64,000 nt of DNA. Source: an uncultured delta proteobacterium (GTDB lineage Bacteria; Desulfobacterota; Desulfomonilia; UBA1062). Both the position numbers and the translations under genes were made by a program. The notes under the pieces were generated by a model. The model saw only the letters and a list, made by a program, of their open reading frames with translations, made no database searches and was not told the origin of the DNA. Below are positions 21,419 through 31,620 of this stretch, piece after piece. The stretch is from positions 256,001 to 320,000 of the forward strand of contig CAWAUM010000005.1 of assembly GCA_963785235.1 (NCBI GenBank), given 5' to 3'. How positions within the stretch are numbered: the first letter of the stretch is position 1; each line of letters opens with the position of its first letter.

Positions 21419-22673
21419 ATGGCACAAGACGTATACATCATTGGAACGGCCATGACCAAGTTCGGGAAGTACCTGGAGAAAGGGATGAAGGTGCTCACCG
21501 GCGAGGCCCTGGAATTGGTGCTCAAGGACTGCGGGCTCGAGCGTCGGGACATGGAAGCGGCATGGTTTTCGAATTCAGGCTGGGGATACCACTCCTTCCA
21601 GCACGCTGTGAGGGGACAGGTCGCCCTGTCCGCCAACGGGCTCGAGGGCATCCCAATCGTCAATGTGGAAAATGCCTGCGCCTGCGGCTCCACGGCCCTG
21701 CACTCGGCGTGGGCGGCCATCAAGGCAGGCATCTACGACTGCGTGCTGGCCATCGGGGCCGAGAAGATGTACGACAGCGACCGCGCCAAGACCATGATGT
21801 TCTTCATGTCAGGCTCGGACGTCGAAGAGCTCCCGGCCTTCATGGCCAAGTTCCAGGAAGAGGAGAGGCTGCGCAGGGAGAAGAGAGGCGAAGGAGAAAG
21901 GCCTCGAGGCCCCCAAGGAACAGCCCGGCGGCCACTCGGCCTTCATGGACCTCTATTCCATAGGCGCGCGCATGCACATGGAGAAGTACGGTACCACCCA
22001 GCGCCAGCTTGCCTGCATTGCCGCAAAGGCCCACAACAACTCCGTGCACAACCCTTATGCCCAGTTCACCTTCCCCATGACCGTGGAAGAGGTTCTGGCG
22101 GACAGGGAGGTCTCCTATCCCCTGACCCGGGCCATGTGCGCCCCCGTTGGGGACGGCGCCGCCGCGGTAGTGCTCTGCAGCGAAAGGTTCCTGCAAAGGA
22201 GCGGGGCCGGGCAGGGCCGTCCGCATCCGTGCATCCGTGCTCAGGTCCGGTACGAGGGAAGGCGAGAGCGACATCTGCGCGAGGGCATCGAAGGCCGCCT
22301 ATGAGATGGCAGGCCTCGGGCCCGAGGACATCCATGTGGTCGAGGTCCACGATGCAACGGCCTTCGGGGAGCTGCATCAGACCGAGCAGATGGGTTTCTG
22401 CCCCCTGGGAGAGGGAGGGCCTTTCGCCGAGAGCGGGGCAACGGCCATCGGCGGGAAAGATCCCGGTCAACCCGAGCGGGGGGCTGATCGCCAGGGGCCA
22501 TCCTATCGGCGGATCAGGGTCTTGCGCAGATCTTCGAGCTGGCATCGCAGCTCTATGGTGAGGCAGGACCCCGTCAGGTCCAGGGGGCGCGGATTGCCCT
22601 GGCGGAGAACGGCGGAGGTTTCCTCGGCCGGGGCGAGGCTGCAATGGGTATTCATATCCTTGAAAAGGTTTGA
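21419..22673 (+). CDS. Thiolase family protein (SCP-x type); several frameshifts
   Basis: VENACACGS, DGAAAVVL, EVHDA, VNPSGGLIARGHPIG across frames. Confidence 0.8.
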
Positions 22674-22698
22674 GAAGGATGATGCAAAGGAGGTTGAG

Positions 22699-23423
22699 AT
22701 GGTTGAAAAGAATGGAACGGAGTCTCTGGACAGGCTGAAGAGAGAATTCACGGAGACGGAAAAGGTGATCCTGGCCCGCAGGAGCGTGCGCCAGTACAAG
22801 AAGGAACAGGTGCCCGAGTTCATGGTGAAGAGGATCCTCGAGGCGGGCCGCTTCGCCCCTTCGGCAGGGAACTTTCAGCCGTGGAAGTTCATCGTGCTGC
22901 GCGACCCCGAGGTGATCAATGGCATAACCGAAAGCAGTGGTCTCTTCCTGCAAGGTGGCCAGGGCCATGACCGACTACCGCAGGGTTGGCTTCGCGTGGC
23001 TGAGGCCGCTGATCAAGTTCATGACCAGGCTCAGGTACAACGACCTGCACCCCATGCCGTTTACGGCAATTCCCCTGGTCGCCGATGGCAAGCTGGGGCT
23101 CTGGCATGGGGCACCCACGGTCATCATCATCCTGAAGGACATCCGCGGGGTGGCCAGCCCGGACCTCGACTGCGGGATAGCGGGGCAGAACATGGTGCTT
23201 GCCGCCCACAGCATGGGTCTGGGGACCTGCTGGGTAGGCTTTGCAAAACTGGCCCTGGACTATGAACCCCATATGGAAAAGGCGCCTGGGCATCTCGTAC
23301 CCGTACAAGTTCGCAAACAGCCTGGCCATCGGATGGCCCCGGGGGAATCCCGACGGAATGGTCACCCGGCAGACCCACGCCGTCGACTGGTTCGAGAACG
23401 GCACCGTAAAAACAATCAGCTGA
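22699..23423 (+). CDS. Nitroreductase family flavoprotein; frameshifted
   Basis: RRSVRQY, APSAGNFQPWKF, DCGIAGQNMVLAAHSMGLGTCW. Confidence 0.8.
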
Positions 23424-23438
23424 AGAGGAGGACCTCCC

Positions 23439-23759
23439 ATGGGAATAATTCGGTTTTTTTGACAGATTTCGTATCCCCTCCTACGACGACCCACAGCAGA
23501 TGGAGTTCGGCATCGTGGAAATCGACCTGGAAAAATGTACCGGGTGCGGCCTTTGTGCGGGGGCCTGCCCGGCGAAAGCGCTTGACATGGTAGACAGGAA
23601 ACCGCGGACGAAAAAAGCGCCGGAAAATGCATGCGCCTTCTGCGGCGACTGTGCGGCAATCTGCAGTGCAGGGGCGATTATCCATGAAGAAGCCGTATAG
23701 CTTTTCAGGGTTTTACAAGACCCTCGATGAAGGGGAGAGCAAGCCCTCCCCGGCTCTGA
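23439..23759 (+). CDS. 2x[4Fe-4S] ferredoxin-like protein; frameshifted
   Basis: CTGCGLCAGACP and CAFCGDCAAIC; GGAGG RBS before ATG 23439. Confidence 0.75.
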
Positions 23760-23877
23760 TGCGGCTTGCGACGGGTGAATAATCAGCGAACATGATCTCA
23801 TCCCCGGTAGTGGCGTGGGGTGGAAGGTTTTACAGAAGATATGATAGTATTCCAAACTCAATAATAAGGAGATAACA

Positions 23878-25449
23878 ATGGCGCAGGAATCATCATACTG
23901 GTCTCTTGAACTGGAAAGACAGGCGGAATCGATTGGAGACAAGCCTTTTCTATACCTCGTGTACGAGGACCGCTCCATAACGTACAAGGAGATGGATCAG
24001 AACGCGAACCGGTTTGCGAACTATCTCCTCGGGATCGGCGCAAAGCCGGGTGACGGGCTTGCAACGCTCATGGGCAACTCGCCGCAGTTTCTCGATGTCT
24101 TCTTCGGCATCCAGAAGATCGGCATGTACATAAACACCGTCAATACAGGGCTCCGCGGAGAAGGCCTTGCCTTCATCATCGACAACAGCGACGCCAAGTT
24201 CCTGGTCGTGGATTACGACATGATCGATCTGTACCGAAGCGTGGAGAACGAGACGCCGCAGCTCAGGCACATCATCGTGAACACCCTCGAGGCCCCGAAA
24301 GATTATGTCGTCCCGAAAGGGATGCTGGACTTGCGCGATGCCTACAGGGGCAGCGTGTCTTCAGCCAAACCCGAGGTGAGCTTCAGCCCTGATTCCCTGC
24401 TCCTGATCATGTACACCTCCGGCACCACGGGGCTGCCCAAGGGGGTCGTGTTCAGATACAACAAAAACCTCGTGGACAAGGTCAAGCTCCTTTCCCAGCT
24501 CGCCATGAAGCCGGATTCGGTCTATTACACGCCGCTGGCGCTCTTCCACGGCAATGCCCTGTTCGTCACCACGACGCAGGTGCTGGTATCCGGCGCCAAG
24601 CTTGCCCTGAGCAAGAAGTTCAGCGCCAGCCGGTTCTGGGATGAGATCCATAAATCCGGGGCAACCATCTTCAACACCATCGGTGCCATGATCCCCATAC
24701 TCCTCAAGCAGCCTGTCCACCCCCATGAAAAGGACCACAAGGTCAGCCTCGTCATCTCGGCAGGGTGCCTGGCAGACATGTGGGAGCCCTTTGAAAACAG
24801 GTTCAATGTCACGCTCTGGGAGGCCTATGGCGCCATAGACGGGTCCGGGACCATCATGAACCTGGGGAACGCACCCAAGGGATCGGTGGGATCGTCCATG
24901 ATCTCCGAGATCAGACTCGTTGACGAGGCAGGCAAGGATGTCGCTGCCGGACAGACGGGGGAGCTCCTGTTCAAGGTGGCACAGGACAGGAAAAGCTCGG
25001 TGGAATACTATAAGAACATCGAGGCCACCCAGACGAAGACAAAGGGTGAATGGGAGCATACCGGGGACTACATGTACCAGGACGACAAGGGCAATCTCTA
25101 TTTCGTGGGCAGGAAGACGGATTCCATGAGGAGGCGCGGGGAAAACGTGTCGGCCTATGAGGTGGAAAAGGTCATCCTCAAGAACCCCAAGGTCCAGGAG
25201 TGCGCGGTATACGGTGTGCCCTCGGAGCTGACGGAAGACGAGATCATGGCATCGGTGACCCTTGTCAGCGGCGAGCAGCTGCCTCCCGCAGAGCTGTGGG
25301 CATTCCTTCAGGACAAGCTGGCAAAGTATGCGGTTCCCCGGTACATCAGGATAGTCGACGACTTTCCGAGAACCGAAACCTTCCGGATCAAGAAACACGA
25401 GCTGAAGGAGCTTGGCGTCACACCGGACACCTATGATGCGGAAGTCTGA
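23878..25449 (+). CDS. AMP-forming acyl-CoA ligase (CaiC-like)
   Basis: YTSGTTGLPKG, EAYG, HTGD, RRRGENVS. Confidence 0.92.
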   Translation: MAQESSYWSLELERQAESIGDKPFLYLVYEDRSITYKEMDQNANRFANYLLGIGAKPGDGLATLMGNSPQFLDVFFGIQKIGMYINTVNTGLRGEGLAFIIDNSDAKFLVVDYDMIDLYRSVENETPQLRHIIVNTLEAPKDYVVPKGMLDLRDAYRGSVSSAKPEVSFSPDSLLLIMYTSGTTGLPKGVVFRYNKNLVDKVKLLSQLAMKPDSVYYTPLALFHGNALFVTTTQVLVSGAKLALSKKFSASRFWDEIHKSGATIFNTIGAMIPILLKQPVHPHEKDHKVSLVISAGCLADMWEPFENRFNVTLWEAYGAIDGSGTIMNLGNAPKGSVGSSMISEIRLVDEAGKDVAAGQTGELLFKVAQDRKSSVEYYKNIEATQTKTKGEWEHTGDYMYQDDKGNLYFVGRKTDSMRRRGENVSAYEVEKVILKNPKVQECAVYGVPSELTEDEIMASVTLVSGEQLPPAELWAFLQDKLAKYAVPRYIRIVDDFPRTETFRIKKHELKELGVTPDTYDAEV

Positions 25450-25502
25450 TGAAGCTAAAAGGCCCCGGCTGTTTCGTGGAGATGGCGTAAGGAGGACGGA
25501 AA

Positions 25503-26432
25503 ATGATCCATGACTTCAGAGAACTGATGGAGGCTGCAGTCAAGAGTGGGCCCAAATCCGTCTCTGTGGCCGCGGCAGATGACAACGAGACGCTCCATGC
25601 AGTCGTCCAGGCATCGAAGATGGGACTCGCCAAGTCAATCCTGGTAGGCAACCGGGAATGGATCGAGGTCATGCTGGAAAAGCTGAGTGCCGACACCCAA
25701 GCGTTCGAGATTATCCATGAAAAAGATTCCGTCAAGGCTGCTGCCCTCGCTGTCCAGGTGGTCAGAGACGGTCACGCGGACATCCTCATGAAGGGCTCTG
25801 TTGTGACATCGAAATTTCTCCAGGCTGCGCTTGGGTCGCTCGGAGGACTTAAGGAAGGGCTTTTCAGTGATGTGGAGGTTTATGAAGACGTGAGATCGGA
25901 TGCCAGGCTCGTCCTGGTGAGCGACGGCGGGGTGAACATATCGCCAGGCATCAGGCAGAAGCTCGAGATTATCAGGAATGCCGTGAAGGTTGCCCATCGT
26001 CTGGGCATCAGGTACCCGAAGGTAGCCCTCCTGTCAGGATCTGAAAAGGTGCACCCTGATTTCGCCTCCACCATCGATGCGGTCGCACTGGTGAAGATGT
26101 GTCATGACGGGGATGTTGAGGGCTGCGTGGTTGACGGACCGTTCGCCCTTGACAACGCCATAGACATGGCTTCGGCACGGGTGAAGGGCATAGAATCACC
26201 TGTGGCTGGCAGCGCGGATATCCTCATCATGCCGAACCTGGAGGCAGGCAATATCTTCGGCAAAAGCCTCCAGTACTATGCCGGAAGGCTGCTCATCCAT
26301 GTGGGCATGGGTGCAAAGGTCCCCATTCTGATTGATTCGCGTACTGCAAAGGCTGAGGAAAAGCTGCACTCCATAGCGCTTGCGAAGCTTATGTGCAGCG
26401 ATACACTCTCTGAAGGAGAGGAGGTATCATGA
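25503..26432 (+). CDS. ptb: Phosphate butyryltransferase
   Basis: DILMKG, DGPFALDNAI, ADILIMPNLEAGN, SR motif. Confidence 0.85.
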   Translation: MIHDFRELMEAAVKSGPKSVSVAAADDNETLHAVVQASKMGLAKSILVGNREWIEVMLEKLSADTQAFEIIHEKDSVKAAALAVQVVRDGHADILMKGSVVTSKFLQAALGSLGGLKEGLFSDVEVYEDVRSDARLVLVSDGGVNISPGIRQKLEIIRNAVKVAHRLGIRYPKVALLSGSEKVHPDFASTIDAVALVKMCHDGDVEGCVVDGPFALDNAIDMASARVKGIESPVAGSADILIMPNLEAGNIFGKSLQYYAGRLLIHVGMGAKVPILIDSRTAKAEEKLHSIALAKLMCSDTLSEGEEVS

Positions 26433-26878
26433 TGAAGGATAAAAACTACATCATCCCTCAGATCTCGGTCTTCATCGACAACCGTCCTGCGAGCCTGGCG
26501 GAAATGACACGTCGCATCGCAGACAGGAACATCAACCTGCGCGCACTTTCACTGGCAGAAACACGCGAATTCGGTACGACACGCATCATCGTGGCTGACG
26601 TGGATGCCTGCAGCGAGGTGCTCAGGCAGGCTGGCTATCACTTCATCGAGACCGACGTTCTCGCTGTTGAGGTTGCGGACAGGCCGGGAGGGATGGCGGA
26701 CGTACTCGAATGCATCGCGGCTGAGCATATCAGCGTGGAATATGCCTATGCCATGATTGAAAAACGCGAGGGTTCCGCAGTCATCATCCTGCGTGTGGAT
26801 AACATCGGAAAGGCGATCATGGCGCTGCGGAAAAGAGATTTCCGGCTTCTCACCAGGGAAGACATCGCACTGCTATGA
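26429..26878 (+). CDS. Tandem ACT domain protein
   Basis: QISVFIDNRP, INLRALSLAET.EFG, DRPGG, VEYAYA. Confidence 0.85.
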   Translation: MMKDKNYIIPQISVFIDNRPASLAEMTRRIADRNINLRALSLAETREFGTTRIIVADVDACSEVLRQAGYHFIETDVLAVEVADRPGGMADVLECIAAEHISVEYAYAMIEKREGSAVIILRVDNIGKAIMALRKRDFRLLTREDIALL

Positions 26879-27960
26879 AGATTCACAAAGAATCAACCCG
26901 GCAATATCGGATACTGGTCATCAATCCCGGGAGCACTTCTACAAAGGTTGCACTGTTTAAAGAAAGGGAGCTAGTCATCTCCCGGACCGTTGAACACACC
27001 GATCAGGAGCTCTCAGGATTCACAAGTGTTCATGAACAGCTGGGAATAAGGGGAAAGGCTCTAAGAGATTTCATAACAGATAACCGTATCACTGAAATTG
27101 ATGCCGTGGCTGGAAGGGGAGGTCTGCTCAAGCCTCTTCGGGGCGGCACGTACATGGTGAGTGATGCAATGTGCAAAGACCTCGAAGAGGCGCGGTATGG
27201 AGAACATGCGAGCAACCTCGGGCCCATTTTTGCGAAACTCTATGGTGAAGTATTCAGTGTCCCCGCTTACATCGTTGACCCGGTAACCGTTGACGAATAC
27301 GATCCCTCTTCAAGGATTTCCGGAGTGCCCGGCATCGAGCGGAAATGCCGCACCCATGCCCTCAACATCAAATCGGTTGCCAGGCGCTGTGCCGGAGAAA
27401 TGGGAAAGGCTATTGAAAACACCAGATTCGTCGTTGCACACCTGGGAGGCGGCATCTCCGTGTGCGCGCTCGCGGGCGGGAGAATCATCGATTCCACGGA
27501 CGGACTGCTCGGCGAAGGGCCGTTTTCCATGGAGCGCGCAGGAACTCTGCCCCTGGCAGGGGTGGTGGACCTGTGTTTCGAAAGAGGTTTTTCCAAAAAA
27601 GAGGTCCTGTCCCTGCTCTCAAGAAAAAGCGGATTCACGGGATACATGGGCACCGACCGGCTGACTGAAGTGCTGGACAGGATTGAAGCAGGCGATGAAC
27701 GGGCAAGCCTGATATTTGAGGCCATGGTTAGGCAGACCGTAAAATGGATAGGGGCAATGACAGCCCTGGTCAAAGGGCGGCCCGATGCAGTCATTCTCAC
27801 AGGAGGGATGGTGAATTCGCAGTTCCTCACAGAGGCGATATGCGCTCATATAGAACCCATGGCCGATGTCAGGCTCTATCCCGGAGAATTCGAGATGGAG
27901 GCTCTGGCTGAAGGTGTTCTACGGGTTCTGCAGAACATCGAGACTGTATTGGAGTACTGA
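26875..27960 (+). CDS. buk: Butyrate kinase
   Basis: INPGSTSTK, GRGGLL, HASNLG, HALN, HLGGGIS, GEGPFS.ERAG, YPGEFEMEALA. Confidence 0.92.
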   Translation: MKIHKESTRQYRILVINPGSTSTKVALFKERELVISRTVEHTDQELSGFTSVHEQLGIRGKALRDFITDNRITEIDAVAGRGGLLKPLRGGTYMVSDAMCKDLEEARYGEHASNLGPIFAKLYGEVFSVPAYIVDPVTVDEYDPSSRISGVPGIERKCRTHALNIKSVARRCAGEMGKAIENTRFVVAHLGGGISVCALAGGRIIDSTDGLLGEGPFSMERAGTLPLAGVVDLCFERGFSKKEVLSLLSRKSGFTGYMGTDRLTEVLDRIEAGDERASLIFEAMVRQTVKWIGAMTALVKGRPDAVILTGGMVNSQFLTEAICAHIEPMADVRLYPGEFEMEALAEGVLRVLQNIETVLEY

Positions 27961-28032
27961 TCAAGACTGACTGAGTTTCACGGACGAGATTCAAAGGCAA
28001 TGTTCACGAACAGGCATCGACATTACGAGGTG

Positions 28033-28188
28033 AACAGAATAAGGAACAGAATAAAACAGAATAAGGGACGGGTTCAAAAAACAGAATAAGAAAAGAATAG
28101 GGAACGGGTTCACATTTAAAAAGAATAGGGGACGGGTTCACATTTACGTTATTCTTCCCATGTTAAATTTGAACCCATCCCTTATTCC
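28033..28188. repeat. Repeat cluster left of ppk2
   Basis: Short aacagaataa units; three direct copies of gaata(a/g)gg(g/a)acgggttca(cattta); then an inverted copy taaatttgaacccatcccttatt. Confidence 0.85.
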
Positions 28189-28261
28189 CCCTTTACTCAG
28201 TTTCTCTCACCTCTATCCTTACATCACCCTCACCATTATTAATTAATAAAAGGAGAACGAT

Positions 28262-29740
28262 ATGTTTGAATCGGCGGAGCTTGATCATACTCTGAACAAA
28301 AAGGCTTTCCATGACTTGCTGCCGCCCCTGCGCGAGGCATTGCTTGAAACGCAGTACGACCTGATCCAGACCCGGAAATTTCCGGTTATCATTCTCATAA
28401 GTGGAATGGATGGGGCCGGTAAGGGCGAGACGGTTAATGATCTTAACGCATGGCTTGATCCCAGGCATGTGGTGACCAATGCCCCCGGTGAACCCAACGA
28501 AGAAGAACGCAAACGCCCGCCAATGTGGCGTTTTTGGGGTGCATTGCCGCCCAGAGGAGTTATCGGCATCTTTTTCGGCTCCTGGTACAGTGCGCCCATC
28601 GCCGGGTATTTACACGGGCGGACTAAACGCTCCCAGTTCGACCGTGAGATGAACCTGCTTCGGCATTTCGAGCGCATGCTGGTGGATGAAGGAGCATTAA
28701 TCCTCAAGTTCTGGCTGCATCTTTCCAAGGACCAGCAACGCCGCAGGCTTAAACTTCTGGAGAAGAACCCACGCACGCGTTGGCGCGTATCCGAACGCGA
28801 CTGGAGCAACCTGAAAATCTATGAGAGATTCAAGGTCGTGGCCGAACACGTGCTGCGTGAAACAAGCACGGCCGAGGCTCCTTGGATGGTGGTCTCCGGA
28901 AACGATCCCAACTATCGGTCCTATACGGTGGCCAAGACCATTCTCGACGCCATGCGTAAGCGGCTGGACCAGCCTGCCAAAAGCCATCCATTGCGCAAGG
29001 CACCGCCTGCCACGCCGTCCACCGATAATGTCAAACTGGTCCGTTCGCTCGACCTCTCAAAGAGATTGAGCGACAAACGCTATAACAAAGAAATTGAAGA
29101 GTGGCAGGGCCGCCTCAGTTTACTCATGCGCACGCCGAAATTTTCCAAGCGCGCTCTGGTGGTGGTTTTCGAGGGCGTTGATGCTAGTGGTAAGGGTGGC
29201 ACAATCCGCCGTGTGACGCAGGCGCTTGATGCCAAGACTTATCGAGTCATCCCCATTGCAGCCCCCACCGAAGAGGAACTTGTCCAGCCGTATTTATGGC
29301 GCTTCTGGCGTAACATTCCACGGCTTGGTCGCATAGCTATCTTTGACCGATCTTGGTACGGCCGCCTGTTGGTGGAACGGGTGGAAGGGTTGTGCAAAGA
29401 GGCAGATTGGATGAGGGCCTACAGCGAGATCAACGATTTCGAAGAGCAGCTTGTTGAAAGCCGGATTATCGTAGCCAAATTCTGGCTGTCCATCAGTAAA
29501 GAAGAGCAACTCAGGCGTTTTAAGGAGCGCGAAATAACCGGCTTCAAACGCTTCAAGATCACTGATGACGACTGGCGCAACCGTGATAAGTGGGAGGCCT
29601 ACGAAACCGCCGTTTGCGATATGATCGACCGCACCAGCAGCGAAATAGCACCGTGGGTTTTGGTTGAGGCCGAGGATAAACAGTATGCCCGCATCAAAGT
29701 TATAAAAACGCTCTGTGAACATATCGAGGCGGCGCTGTGA
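28262..29740 (+). CDS. pap: Polyphosphate:AMP phosphotransferase (two-domain PPK2, class II)
   Basis: Two PPK2 domains: GMDGAGKG and EGVDASGKGG; FDRSWYGR; DDDWRNR. Confidence 0.92.
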   Translation: MFESAELDHTLNKKAFHDLLPPLREALLETQYDLIQTRKFPVIILISGMDGAGKGETVNDLNAWLDPRHVVTNAPGEPNEEERKRPPMWRFWGALPPRGVIGIFFGSWYSAPIAGYLHGRTKRSQFDREMNLLRHFERMLVDEGALILKFWLHLSKDQQRRRLKLLEKNPRTRWRVSERDWSNLKIYERFKVVAEHVLRETSTAEAPWMVVSGNDPNYRSYTVAKTILDAMRKRLDQPAKSHPLRKAPPATPSTDNVKLVRSLDLSKRLSDKRYNKEIEEWQGRLSLLMRTPKFSKRALVVVFEGVDASGKGGTIRRVTQALDAKTYRVIPIAAPTEEELVQPYLWRFWRNIPRLGRIAIFDRSWYGRLLVERVEGLCKEADWMRAYSEINDFEEQLVESRIIVAKFWLSISKEEQLRRFKEREITGFKRFKITDDDWRNRDKWEAYETAVCDMIDRTSSEIAPWVLVEAEDKQYARIKVIKTLCEHIEAAL

Positions 29741-29766
29741 TAAAGGGCATGATAAAAGTGAAAGCG

Positions 29767-29820
29767 CACCAAACCAGCTAATCCAGCAAAGGGCTCACTG
29801 CTGCTGATAAGCTATAAGGG
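29767..29820. other. Degenerate attC-like hairpin
   Basis: aaccAGCTAATCCAGC...GCTGATAAGCT with one unpaired base; the 3' GTT box is absent. Confidence 0.3.
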
Positions 29821-29892
29821 GATCATCTCTTTACGTTTCTTGAGAACGAGCGCAGCCTTGAGGCCCCTTTTTCTGATGACCTTGGATAAATC

Positions 29893-30011
29893 AAGAATAG
29901 GGGACGGATTTCACATTTACGATGTTAAATGTGAACCCGTCCCTTATTTTGTTCTTATTTTGTTATTCTTATTTTGTTCTGTGAACCCGTCCCTTATTTT
30001 GTTCTTATTTT
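29893..30011. repeat. Repeat cluster right of ppk2 (mirror of the left cluster)
   Basis: One direct copy gaataggggacggatttcacattta; two inverted copies gtgaacccgtcccttatt; cttattttgtt short units. Confidence 0.85.
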
Positions 30012-30124
30012 CCAAATGAAAACCTTCATATGTTGGTTAATTTTAGATCACGCCCCTGCCTGATGTAGACAATACGGGTATTCCGAACGTCATAACAGGA
30101 AATAGAAAAGGACATGGAGGCAAT

Positions 30125-30736
30125 ATGAAAAAGTTGCTTTTGACGACAATCCTTTTGGCGATGGTTCTTGTTGTTCCAACGCCAGCAATGGCAGGGACAA
30201 ATATAAATATTGGAATTTCTCTACCGCCACCTATCGTGTTTGAGGAACCTCCGGATGTGATAGTGATGCCTGATACATACGACGTGTACGTTGTTCCTGA
30301 TATAGATGTAGAGATGTTTTTCTGGAATGGTTGGTGGTGGCGTCCATGGGAAGGTGGTTGGTATCGCTCACATTATTATGACCGGGGTTGGGGTTACTAT
30401 AACCATGTTCCAGGTTTTTATTATGATGTAGACCCAGGTTGGAGAGGATACTACAGAGGCCATAATTGGTACGGACACCGCTGGAACTATGAACGGATTC
30501 CTCACCGACAACTTCACCAGAACTGGAAGAGCTGGCAAAATAATCGACATTGGGAAAGGCAAGGACCACCCTGGGGCGTCCATAACTATCAACCTCGACC
30601 ACAACAACAGAGACAGGAACTAAGACATCAAAGGCAAGAGCACTATCAACAGAGGCCTGAGGTTCAGCGACACCAGCAACAAAGACAGGCGCAACAAGGG
30701 CCACACAAGCAGAGACCACCGCAACAGCATCAGTGA
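30125..30736 (+). CDS. Secreted Trp/Tyr/His-rich protein with Gln-rich tail (YXWGXW-like)
   Basis: GGAGG RBS, signal peptide, NIGISLPPP, WWWRPWEGGWYRS, Q/R-rich C-terminus. Confidence 0.75.
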   Translation: MKKLLLTTILLAMVLVVPTPAMAGTNINIGISLPPPIVFEEPPDVIVMPDTYDVYVVPDIDVEMFFWNGWWWRPWEGGWYRSHYYDRGWGYYNHVPGFYYDVDPGWRGYYRGHNWYGHRWNYERIPHRQLHQNWKSWQNNRHWERQGPPWGVHNYQPRPQQQRQELRHQRQEHYQQRPEVQRHQQQRQAQQGPHKQRPPQQHQ

Positions 30737-30829
30737 AAATCTGAAGGAGGAAATTCAGAAGATCCATCAGTGCCAGATGAGCCGACTGAGGCTCAAGATC
30801 CTTTAAAAGCGCCACACAAGGGGGGCAAA

Positions 30830-31469
30830 ATGAAAAGACTCATTCTTATACTGTTTGTTTTGATGATTATGGTTCCAATGACAACGGTAATGGCAAAAAA
30901 TACAAGATATGCAAGAGATTATTATGAAAGAGATTATTATAGAGATAACTACGCAACTATCAAACTCGGGGCGTTCATACCAGATGATGATGCCGATTTT
31001 CTTGATAATGGTTATTCTATTGAAGGTGCTATCGGTCATAACCTCAGTAGAAACTTCGCTGTTGAGATTGGACTAGATTATACCATCACCGACTTTAAAG
31101 ATGACTATGGTTATGAGGATGCTTATGTATCCACTCTTGGCATACCTGTCACTGCTAAGTTTATTGCCCCTCTTTCAAACCAGGTAGACTTTTTTGTAGG
31201 TGCAGGGCTTGGTTTATATTTTACCCATGTTGATTTAGGTTACGAATATTATGATGGATACTATTATGACGATGACAATGGTGTTGATGATACTTGTCTT
31301 GGTTTCCATTGTCTTATTGGTGCAGACGTCAAGATGAATTCGAATACGGCTCTTACTATGCAGTTAAAGTACACAGAACTGGAAACAAGATGATGATGAT
31401 TACGATCATCATGATAATTTTGACATAGGTGGAACAACAGCCTCTCTTGGAGTCAAATTTCTCTTTTAA
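30830..31469 (+). CDS. Outer membrane beta-barrel protein; frameshift near 31385
   Basis: Signal peptide, alternating beta-strands (FFVGAGLGLY); shifted frame ends SLGVKFLF with C-terminal Phe. Confidence 0.75.
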
Positions 31470-31620
31470 ACGGGTATCGCTATGTCGGATGATAGACACT
31501 CATACAAAGGTCAAACAATAGGTCTGGAACTTCATGACCATACTGTTCCAGGAACCTCCACAAGTGAGCAGAAGCTCACTACCTCGAAAGCGAGTGGAAG
31601 CCAAAGAAATGGGGGGTATT

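Noticed and set aside
28033-30011. Repeats around ppk2 as a CRISPR array
   Set aside because: Mixed orientation, no unique regular spacers, and no cas genes.
30231-30815. 194-aa antisense ORF
   Set aside because: Shadow of the plus-strand gene, which has an RBS and signal peptide.
30734-31393. TGA codons at 30734 and 31391 as selenocysteine or readthrough
   Set aside because: The 31391 stop is resolved by a one-base shift. At 30734 the next gene is in frame but has its own RBS and signal peptide, and no SECIS-like hairpin or Cys context is evident.
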